Origin: Haliea sp.
Lineage (GTDB): Bacteria > Pseudomonadota > Gammaproteobacteria > Pseudomonadales > Halieaceae
NCBI GenBank assembly: GCA_031409615.1
Contig: JANNXP010000141.1
Span: forward strand, 25 to 64,024
Direction: 5' to 3'
Length of the DNA stretch: 64,000 nt
The stretch's first letter is position 1. Each line of letters opens with the position of its first letter. Below the pieces are notes generated by a model. The model did not search any database, was not told where the DNA came from, and was given only the letters and a program-made list of their open reading frames with translations. This document shows, piece by piece, positions 56,207-64,000 of this stretch. A program made the translations under genes and the position numbers.

Positions 56207-58360
56207 TCAAGACGTTGTCTGTCGTCGACGACGGGCTGGCTGGTTCATTTTTGACTTTGGATAGCGCGGCAACTTTCCGGTAGTAAGGTAGGTGTGGATG
56301 CTCTCCTGCGAGCGGATCCTGGCAGCCTTCTTTTTGACCGGCACATAGGTATTGGTTTGGTGCCGGTCCAGTAATCGCGCTTTGACATTGTCATGCCACT
56401 GCTGATCAAGAATATCCTGAATCATACGCTTGGCATCCTCATCCAGGATCGGACAAAGCACCTCTACACGAAAGTCCAGATTGCGCGTCATCAGGTCGGC
56501 CGAGCCAATCAGGTAGCGTGGCGCGCCGCGATTGTGAAAGACGTAGACCCTGGCATGTTCAAGATATCTGTCGACGATGCTGATGCCCTGTATATTTTCC
56601 GACAGATCCTTTACCCCGGCGAGTAGGGAACACATCCCACGAACTATCAACTGGATCGTTACACCGGCCTGGCTGGCCTCATAGAGTTTCATCACCAGTT
56701 CCTTATCCACAAGATTGTTGCACTTAAGAATCATGGAACCGCGATACCCTGCACGGACGTTCTCAATCTCCTGGTTTATCAGTTCAAGTAGACCGCTGCG
56801 AATGCTGTGGGGCGAGACGAGCAGCAGCCGATAATTGGGGCGCTTATAATTGTACTGGAGAAATTCGAAAACACTATTGACGTCCTTACCAATACTCTGG
56901 TCGTAGGTGACAAGACTGAAATCCGTGTACAGCTTGGCGGTTTTCTCATTGAAGTTGCCATTGCTGATATAGCTGTAATAGCGAATTGCGTGATCCTCCT
57001 TGCGCTCGATCAGCAAAAGTTTACTGTGCACTTTCAATCCTGGAATACCAAAAATAACGTCGATACCGTTCTCTGTCAGCCTTTGCGCCCAGTTGATGTT
57101 GGCAGCCTCATCAAAGCGCGCCGCTAACTCCACGACGGCAAGCACCTTCTTGCCATTTTGTACGGCATTCACCAGTGCGTCGATCACCCGTGAGTCTCTG
57201 GCGACACGGTACAAACAGATTTTTATCCTCACGACATTGGGATCGAGAGCGGCGGTTTTCAGCAGATCAATGACGCTGCTATATCGATGGTAGGGAAAAT
57301 AGAGCAAAACATCCTTTTTTCGAATCGTCTCAAATATGGCACTGCTTTGATCCACATGCGCAATACGCGAGGGGGGCAGTTTCTTGAATTCCAGATACTT
57401 GGATCCCACATTGGGGAAACTCATGAAGTCTTTGGAATTGTGGTAACGTCCTCCAGCAATCAGCGTATTTTGCTTGCCAAAGCCAAAGCGACCACAAAGC
57501 TGATCCAATAGGCGTTGCGGCATCGTTCCGTCATAGACCATGCGTACTGTTTCCGCTTTGCGTCGCTGCTTCAGACTCACGGCCATTTTATCTATCAGGC
57601 TCTGGGTGATACCGGTATCAATTGCCAATTCCGCATCCCGCGAAAATTTGAAACAATACGCTTCGGCAGCGGTAATCGGAAAAACCCCACGAAACACTTG
57701 TGGCAGGCAGGCTCGGATAATATTGTCCAACACTATAAAGACCTTGCCACCCTTGCCACCCTTGCCTTTTCTGGGGGGGATCTCGACAAAACGAGACAGA
57801 CGATCAGTGGGAACTTCCACGACGGCAGAGTGATAGGTAACCCCCGAGCTGATATCAACAGCAAGGTAAATAGACTCATCAGTCAATACAGGGATTTTAA
57901 ACTCCTCCCTCAGCAGTATCGGCTCGAGCTCAGGCAGCACCTTGCTGGCAAAGTAGTTGCGCACAAATACAGCCTGCCCCTCGTCCAACTGAGTTTCGTT
58001 TATCAGGTAAATACGATGTTCTGCGAGTGCATGCATGATCTCGATATAGATACGGTCGAACTCTTTCTGCAGCTCCAGCACACGTTTCTGAATGGCCACC
58101 AGCAAATCCTTTGACTGCTGCTTCATTTCGCCGGGAGACACTGTCATCAGGCGTCGTACTTCCGCCACTCTGACCCGAAAAAACTCGTCCGCATTATTGG
58201 AGTAGATGCCCAGATAGCGCAGACGCTCAATCACTGGCACCGACTCGTCCGCTGCTTCTTGCAGGACGCGCGCATTGAAGGAGAGCCAGCTGAGCTCCCG
58301 TGGCATAAAGAGATCGTGATCGAGGAGATCCGCCAGACGCTTCTTGATTATATTCGGCAT
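56207..58360 (-). CDS. ppk1: Polyphosphate kinase 1
   Basis: RELSWLSFN.RVLQEA, DEFF.VRVA, KVHSK, YLEH.R. Confidence 0.96.
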   Translation of the reverse strand: MPNIIKKRLADLLDHDLFMPRELSWLSFNARVLQEAADESVPVIERLRYLGIYSNNADEFFRVRVAEVRRLMTVSPGEMKQQSKDLLVAIQKRVLELQKEFDRIYIEIMHALAEHRIYLINETQLDEGQAVFVRNYFASKVLPELEPILLREEFKIPVLTDESIYLAVDISSGVTYHSAVVEVPTDRLSRFVEIPPRKGKGGKGGKVFIVLDNIIRACLPQVFRGVFPITAAEAYCFKFSRDAELAIDTGITQSLIDKMAVSLKQRRKAETVRMVYDGTMPQRLLDQLCGRFGFGKQNTLIAGGRYHNSKDFMSFPNVGSKYLEFKKLPPSRIAHVDQSSAIFETIRKKDVLLYFPYHRYSSVIDLLKTAALDPNVVRIKICLYRVARDSRVIDALVNAVQNGKKVLAVVELAARFDEAANINWAQRLTENGIDVIFGIPGLKVHSKLLLIERKEDHAIRYYSYISNGNFNEKTAKLYTDFSLVTYDQSIGKDVNSVFEFLQYNYKRPNYRLLLVSPHSIRSGLLELINQEIENVRAGYRGSMILKCNNLVDKELVMKLYEASQAGVTIQLIVRGMCSLLAGVKDLSENIQGISIVDRYLEHARVYVFHNRGAPRYLIGSADLMTRNLDFRVEVLCPILDEDAKRMIQDILDQQWHDNVKARLLDRHQTNTYVPVKKKAARIRSQESIHTYLTTGKLPRYPKSKMNQPARRRRQTTS

Positions 58361-58937
58361 AACAACTCCAACGACAACACAGAATGACCTGAGACTTGCA
58401 TGCAGTCACCAAGATTTGGTCAATGTTCAGCTCAAAAGACTTCAATGAGTAGCGCAGACCCCGTGACAGTTTACGCGCCTCGAACGACATAAATATGACA
58501 GAAATCAACACCCGGCTGGCCTGGACTTTGGGCTTAATGCTTGGCTGCCATAGGACAAAAATCGTTTCGAGGCGCCAACTAATGATAATAATAGCCATCA
58601 TTAATCTTGAGGAATGACTTTAACATCTAGTGTTAGTAAGTTAATAGATATAAAAAAGCCCGCATCTCATGAAATGAAAGCGGGCCAAATAGCCGTATGC
58701 TTCGGGGCAGAAACATCGGCCAGGGGACGTGTCAGCACGCGCAGGGAATGCGACGTGCTGTAAACAAAAATAGACGGTATTAACGATATATCAAGGTCGC
58801 TGCAGAAATATTTTTGCGGCTCTATTACAGCACTGCGGCCAGACGGACCAACGAGTGACCTTTTTAGGGCACCGGGCGCGCCCAACTAGCGCCATCCCAC
58901 CGACAACGATCCGGCAAGGACCTTGTTACCTGGTCCG

Positions 58938-59462
58938 CTAAAGCCGGGAAAATTCCTTGTTCAACTCATAGTGGCGCGAGGTGACATAGGACTCCATGTT
59001 CGCAACGCGCAGGAGCGCCGCGTCCAGACGTTCGCGAGCGCGCTGTAAACGCACCGAGCCACTGTCGCTATAGCGAAATACTTTACGTGGCCGATAATCG
59101 TGGCGTCGTTCGTCATATTCCATGTCGATCTCGCCTGCCTCGAATTCCAATTCCCCGGAAGAGCGTCCATCGGCGTCGGTTCTGGAAGGTCTGCGCGCCA
59201 GAACCAGCCACGCCCCCAGATACACCCATAGGGCCAGCGTGCCAGTTAACAGGAACGCGCCCACCCACATGAGTCGCATCACCCAGGGCGCAATATCCCA
59301 GTGATCTGCCAGGCCTGCGGCGACACCGCCAATTTTTCCGTCGCGTGTATTACGGTACAGGTTTAGCCCCCACCCACCACGCCGGCGTGCATAGAAATGC
59401 TGCCAGCTACTGCGGAAACCGTCGACGTTATGTTGACTGCGGTAGCGTTGTTGCTCTGCCAT
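58938..59462 (-). CDS. pspC: Phage shock protein C
   Basis: LYRN..DGKIGGVAAGLA...R PspC domain. Confidence 0.88.
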   Translation of the reverse strand: MAEQQRYRSQHNVDGFRSSWQHFYARRRGGWGLNLYRNTRDGKIGGVAAGLADHWDIAPWVMRLMWVGAFLLTGTLALWVYLGAWLVLARRPSRTDADGRSSGELEFEAGEIDMEYDERRHDYRPRKVFRYSDSGSVRLQRARERLDAALLRVANMESYVTSRHYELNKEFSRL

Positions 59463-59465
59463 GCA

Positions 59466-59729
59466 TTACTCCTTATCAGGTGCCCGTTCGTGGCGGCTCA
59501 GCTGCTGCCGCCATTGCGGATGGTCAGCATCCAGAATGGATTCCAATGCGCCAATACGAGCCGTAAGTTTGTCCACTGTTTCAAGCATATGCTCGATGGA
59601 CGCCTGGTCCTCCACGTTAAGACTCCGAGAGGAACGACTTACGCTGCGGTAGTGCATGGTGATCCACATCGGCGCCACAATAACCAAAAATAGAATGGTC
59701 GGGACAAACATGAATTTCCAGAATTCCAT
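59466..59729 (-). CDS. pspB: Phage shock protein B
   Basis: FLVIVAPMW..MHY...RI.ALESILDADHPQWR. Confidence 0.9.
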   Translation of the reverse strand: MEFWKFMFVPTILFLVIVAPMWITMHYRSVSRSSRSLNVEDQASIEHMLETVDKLTARIGALESILDADHPQWRQQLSRHERAPDKE

Positions 59730-59816
59730 TGATTTTCTTCCTGGGATGAGTGGCGTAGAAAAATCTTGTCGTCATTATAATGGGCGCTATCCATCTGTAC
59801 GGCAGCAGCGAATCGA

Positions 59817-60494
59817 CTACCCAACACGCGTGTCGCTCATTTCAGTTTTGAGGCGCTGCAGCTCATCCGTAATCCGCTCATCGTCCTGCAGTGCGCTGAT
59901 CTGCGCGGCGAGATCCGGCGGTACCTCCCTGCCCAAATCCATCGACTCCAGCTGACTTTCCAGTGAATCCATGCGCCGTTCGAAACGCTCGAAGCGATGG
60001 AAGGCGTCATCGAGAGCCTCCCGGTGCATCTGCCGCTTCACCTTAATACGCGACTCCACGGTCTTGCTGCGCATGGTCAGCGCCTTTTGCCGGGCCCTCG
60101 CGTCATCCAGCTTATACTGCAACTGGGCCACCTCATTGGTCAGCTGCGCGATATGCTCGTCAGTGGCCCTCAGCTCTGCTTCGACGACCGACACTTCTTC
60201 CTCAATGGCACGCTTCTCCTGCAGTGCCGCCCGCGCCAGGTCCTCCCGCTCTTTGGCGATCGCCAGTCGCGCCTTTTCTTCCCAGGTCGCGGCTTCGACC
60301 CGCACTTGCTCCAGGCGTCGTGACGCCTCCTTGCGGTCTGCCAGCACTCTGGCGGAAGAACTGCGCACCTCTACCAGCGTGTCCTCCATCTCCTGAATGA
60401 TCAAGCGCACCATCTTCTCCGGCTCTTCGGCTTGATCCAGCATCGCATTGATATTGGAATTGATGATGTCGGTCATACGTGAAAATATACCCAT
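59817..60494 (-). CDS. pspA: Phage shock protein A
   Basis: MGIFSRMTDIINSNINAMLDQAEEPEKMVRLIIQEMEDTLVEVR. Confidence 0.95.
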   Translation of the reverse strand: MGIFSRMTDIINSNINAMLDQAEEPEKMVRLIIQEMEDTLVEVRSSSARVLADRKEASRRLEQVRVEAATWEEKARLAIAKEREDLARAALQEKRAIEEEVSVVEAELRATDEHIAQLTNEVAQLQYKLDDARARQKALTMRSKTVESRIKVKRQMHREALDDAFHRFERFERRMDSLESQLESMDLGREVPPDLAAQISALQDDERITDELQRLKTEMSDTRVG

Positions 60495-60535
60495 GCCGTC
60501 TCTCCTCTAGTCTGGCCCGCGTCAACCTGTCCTTA

Positions 60536-60550
60536 ACAGGATGCGTGCCA
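60536..60550 (-). promoter_or_regulatory. Sigma-54 promoter of pspA
   Basis: TGGCACGCATCCTGT (GG-N10-GT) upstream of pspA, divergent from pspF. Confidence 0.6.
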
Positions 60551-60683
60551 GTTCTGCTATCTTTTTGAAAAGTATATAATTTCGCTAAATAGGCGTACTT
60601 TTAAATGCGCCCTCCCATGGTTTGTGGGCGGTATATACCTCATCATCGGTTCAAACTACTCCTTTATCGGCGGATTTAACCTT

Positions 60684-61691
60684 ATGAGGCCACAGGAAAG
60701 TATCATTGGTAATTCCCCTGCCCTGGCGGGCGCTCTGGATCACCTTTCCCACCTGGCCCGGATCAACCGGCCAATATTGCTAGTGGGCGAGCGCGGCACC
60801 GGCAAGGAACTGGCGGCACAGAGGTTACATTTTCTGTCCGCACGTTGGCAGGCACCCCTGTTAAAGGTTAACTGCGCCGCCCTTGCCGACAGCCTGTTGG
60901 AATCGGAATTATTCGGTCACGAACCGGGCGCGTTTACCGGGGCCACACGTCTACAGAAGGGGCGCTTTGAGCGCGCCGCCGGGGGCACCCTATTCCTGGA
61001 CGAACTGGGCACCATGTCCATGCGATTGCAGGAAAAGCTATTACGTCTGGTGGAGTATGGCGAATTTGAACGACTCGGTGGGCAGGAAACCCTGCAGGTC
61101 GATGTGCGTGTGATCGCGGCGACCAACATCGACCTGAGGATACAGGTGTCCGAACATCGATTTCGAGCAGATCTTCTTGACCGTTTATGTTTTGACGTTG
61201 TACACCTGCCAGCGCTGCGCCATAGGGTAGAGGATATCGCCGAGTTGGCTCAGCATTTTGCGGTGCAGATGAGCGCCGAACTGGGTTGGAGCCTGTTCGC
61301 TGGATTCACCGATGCGGCATTGCGCACGCTGCAGCAACACAGCTGGCCCGGCAACATACGCGAGTTAAAAAACGCCGTAGAGCGCTCCCTGTTTCGCTGG
61401 GACGATCCAGAGCGTCAGGTGGACACAGTAGTCATCGACCCCTTTCTCTCGCCCTTCGCCGATGAGATCGTCGTTGCAGCGCATGTTGAACCCATAGATT
61501 CCGGCACCGTCGACGCTACACCGGCCGTTGATTTTCAAACGCGGGTGCAGCAACTTGAGACGACGCTGTTGCGCGATGCACTGGCAAAAAGCGGACAAAA
61601 TCAACGTCGAGCCGCACTCTCGCTGGGCCTGAGTTATGACCAAATGCGTGGCATGGTGCGTAAACATAAGCTCGCTATCAACACCAGCTGA
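60684..61691 (+). CDS. pspF: PspF sigma-54 activator
   Basis: GERGTGKE, GAFTGA, LFLDE, WPGNIREL; no N-terminal sensor domain. Confidence 0.93.
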   Translation: MRPQESIIGNSPALAGALDHLSHLARINRPILLVGERGTGKELAAQRLHFLSARWQAPLLKVNCAALADSLLESELFGHEPGAFTGATRLQKGRFERAAGGTLFLDELGTMSMRLQEKLLRLVEYGEFERLGGQETLQVDVRVIAATNIDLRIQVSEHRFRADLLDRLCFDVVHLPALRHRVEDIAELAQHFAVQMSAELGWSLFAGFTDAALRTLQQHSWPGNIRELKNAVERSLFRWDDPERQVDTVVIDPFLSPFADEIVVAAHVEPIDSGTVDATPAVDFQTRVQQLETTLLRDALAKSGQNQRRAALSLGLSYDQMRGMVRKHKLAINTS

Positions 61692-61697
61692 GCCGAT

Positions 61698-62444
61698 CTA
61701 GATTGGGAGCTTTGCTAACACGGCTGTGGGCAAAGATCGGATTATCAACATAATCAAGCGCCAGTAGCCCGGCACGTAACACACTCTACTACCGCGTGCT
61801 ATCGCCCGGTAAATAGCAGGCGCAATTGCCGGCGGAGTAGACCAGATCGCGCTGTGCTGCATGTCTGCTGTCATGGGGCTGATCACCATACCTGGCTTGA
61901 TGTTTACGACTCTCACCGCACTGCCAGAAAATCTACCCTGTAATCCCTGCAGCAGTGTGTCAATACCCGCTTTGGCTGCGCCGTACACGTAATTACTTTT
62001 CCGCCCACGATCACCGGCCACGGACGATATGACCGCGAGGGTGCCACGCCCCTGCAGTGACAACTGCTGTGCACATGCCTGAACGATTATAGCGGTACTG
62101 GTGAAATTATCATCCATACAGGCTTTTACGGCAGCACTGGAGGTCTCGCACTCAGCCTGATCAGGCAGTGATCCGTGTGCCACGATCGCAATATCGATGT
62201 TACCCAGGCACTCACGCCCCTGCATAACACAGGGCTCGTGTTGCTGCCAATCATTGAAGTCGTAGCTGGCGGTGCCGCCAATCGCCCCGCCTCGAGCAAC
62301 GAGATCATCAGCAATCGCTGCCAGTTTCTGGTGATTTCTTCCCACCAGAAAGAACTGCGCCCCCTTAACTGCGTAGAGTTTTAGTACCTCATGACAAATT
62401 GCGGAATTGGCGCCAAAAACAAATATACGAGGCCCAGTGTTCAT
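61698..62444 (-). CDS. SDR, DprE2-like 2-keto-pentose reductase
   Basis: GANSAI, SSVAGDRGRKSNYVYGAAK. Confidence 0.82.
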   Translation of the reverse strand: MNTGPRIFVFGANSAICHEVLKLYAVKGAQFFLVGRNHQKLAAIADDLVARGGAIGGTASYDFNDWQQHEPCVMQGRECLGNIDIAIVAHGSLPDQAECETSSAAVKACMDDNFTSTAIIVQACAQQLSLQGRGTLAVISSVAGDRGRKSNYVYGAAKAGIDTLLQGLQGRFSGSAVRVVNIKPGMVISPMTADMQHSAIWSTPPAIAPAIYRAIARGSRVCYVPGYWRLIMLIIRSLPTAVLAKLPI

Positions 62445-63745
62445 TCCTGCACCCTGCGCCAAAAAGCTGAAGAGAACTTGGGATCCATTTGTGACATAAA
62501 AAGCTCCACTCCGGGGAAACCTGTCGCGAATAATTCGGCGGACATTCTCGCATCTTTGGCCGGGTACAGGGCGCCACCGACTGACAGGACGGTCTCATCA
62601 AATGACGACAGAAGGTGTTTCGTCTTCTCGCCCCGGTTGGGGAAATCGAGCGCCAGAGTCAGACCGGGTCGTGGGAAAGACAGTAGTCCGGGAGATCGCT
62701 GAGCGCCGAACTCCTTGAGTACAGCAAGGAACGAGGCCTCCCCACTAGTCTCAATTTCGCGCAACAATCTCTCTATTGCCTGCTCTGCGCCCTCATGTGG
62801 CACCACACACTGGTACTGGTAAAAACCATCGCGCCCATAGACTCGATTCCAGTTGGCAATGGCATCCAGCGGAAAGAAAAACGATTGGTAGTGCCGGTGT
62901 TGCAACCCTCTCCTGCGACTACCTAACCAGAAGTAGGCGCGATTAAAAAAATCGACCGTCCACTTATTCACTAGTGAGACAGGCGGCGCAAAGGGCACAG
63001 CCACTCGTGGACTGCTACGCCCAGGCAACAGTTTGCCGCGATTTTGTGTGTGTCGCGCGCGGGAAAAAATACCTCGCCCAACCTGACCGTTCCTGCCAAA
63101 CGTGTCAATCCATGACACCGTATACTCCCAATCGGCCGACTCTCGACTGAGCGCCATAAACTCCTTGACGCAGGAAAAGGTCAGGTCCTCTACCACGAGT
63201 TCATCACTGGTGATGGGGATCAGGGTCACTTCGGCACTGGTGATGAGCCCGGTGAGTCCAAGCCCACCAATGGTAGCGGCAAAGAGCTGGCCATTTTCGC
63301 CAGGTGTGCAGTGGTGCCGCCCTCCATCGCTGCGCAGCAACGTCAGGGAGCGAACATGACAACCGAAGGAACCGGCGTGGTGATGGTTCTTTCCGTGCAC
63401 ATCGTTGGCAATAGCACCGCCCAGGGTGACAAACCGGGTACCGGGGACGACGGGGAGAAACCATCCACGGGGGATGATCACTTGCAGTATTTCATCCAGC
63501 GTCAGCCCCGCCTCGCAATGCAGGATACCCCGGTCTGCATCAAATTGAATAAAGCGGTTGAGCCGCCGTGTACTTATCTGCGTGGCATGGCTGTTAATGC
63601 AACTATCACCGTAACTGCGGCCGCGCCCATAGGCGAGTGCCGTGTCAGTTCCGGTAAACGCAGGCAAGGTCTCAAAGCGCCAGTCCCGCTCTAGGATACG
63701 GTCAGCGCCCGCTATGGGCAGGCAACCCCAGCTGGTGTTCATCAC
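62441..63745 (-). CDS. FAD oxidoreductase, DprE1-like
   Basis: GRGRSYGD, PGTRFVTLGGAIANDVHGKNHH, YPAKD. Confidence 0.85.
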   Translation of the reverse strand: MMNTSWGCLPIAGADRILERDWRFETLPAFTGTDTALAYGRGRSYGDSCINSHATQISTRRLNRFIQFDADRGILHCEAGLTLDEILQVIIPRGWFLPVVPGTRFVTLGGAIANDVHGKNHHHAGSFGCHVRSLTLLRSDGGRHHCTPGENGQLFAATIGGLGLTGLITSAEVTLIPITSDELVVEDLTFSCVKEFMALSRESADWEYTVSWIDTFGRNGQVGRGIFSRARHTQNRGKLLPGRSSPRVAVPFAPPVSLVNKWTVDFFNRAYFWLGSRRRGLQHRHYQSFFFPLDAIANWNRVYGRDGFYQYQCVVPHEGAEQAIERLLREIETSGEASFLAVLKEFGAQRSPGLLSFPRPGLTLALDFPNRGEKTKHLLSSFDETVLSVGGALYPAKDARMSAELFATGFPGVELFMSQMDPKFSSAFWRRVQE

Positions 63746-64000
63746 AGCGCTGCCATGACCGTCACCAGGCCGAGCCCAAACACGAGATAACTGATGCGGT
63801 CACGCGTGGCAAAGATAACAGGGTCCTGATTCAGTTCGCCGCGACTGGCCACCAGCCATATACGCCCGATCCAATACATTAACAATGGGCAGAGCAGCCA
63901 CATCATTCGGTGATTGTCATACAACCCCACTACATCCTCGCTATCAATATACAAGGCCAATACCAGGGTGGAGATATAGCCTGATGCCGCACCAAGTTGG
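63742..64000 (-). CDS. UbiA-family prenyl-phosphate phosphoribosyltransferase, C-terminal part only
   Basis: YWIGRIWL...RGEL..DPVIFA..D; open to window edge. Confidence 0.75.
   Translation of the reverse strand, partial: QLGAASGYISTLVLALYIDSEDVVGLYDNHRMMWLLCPLLMYWIGRIWLVASRGELNQDPVIFATRDRISYLVFGLGLVTVMAAL

Overview
The window looks like a gammaproteobacterial chromosome segment; gene content suggests a marine Halieaceae/OM60-like organism (inference). Bases 1 to about 13,300 are AT-richer accessory DNA. 1-8029 is the right part of an integrative, satellite-like element: P4-type tyrosine integrase, Xis/AlpA-like HTH, a DUF927-type ATPase missed by the ORF track because it runs off the window, and the 3' half of a tRNA-Arg(CCT) as att remnant. 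Its cargo is a co-oriented, decaying set of integron-like cassettes (one near-complete attC plus several core heptamers) interleaved with 47-48-bp-spaced GACCGCT hairpin repeats. A 40-bp palindromic box precedes int, xis and the DUF927 gene. From 8.4 to 13.3 kb lie two PEP-CTERM paralogues, a WaaB-like glycosyltransferase, a lone higBA integron cassette with a frameshifted leaderless toxin, and a 12-Cys secreted peptide. The rest is mostly ordinary: a lipid/steroid-type oxidation cluster with two P450s, glcDEF, phnA, rmf, a PrsT-like TPR protein, a MoxR/Bat operon, csp, pepN, glpG, nadK, a WYL regulator, ppk1, pspF-pspABC and a UbiA/DprE1/DprE2-like operon cut by the window end. Family assignments come from motif recognition only; no database searches were run.
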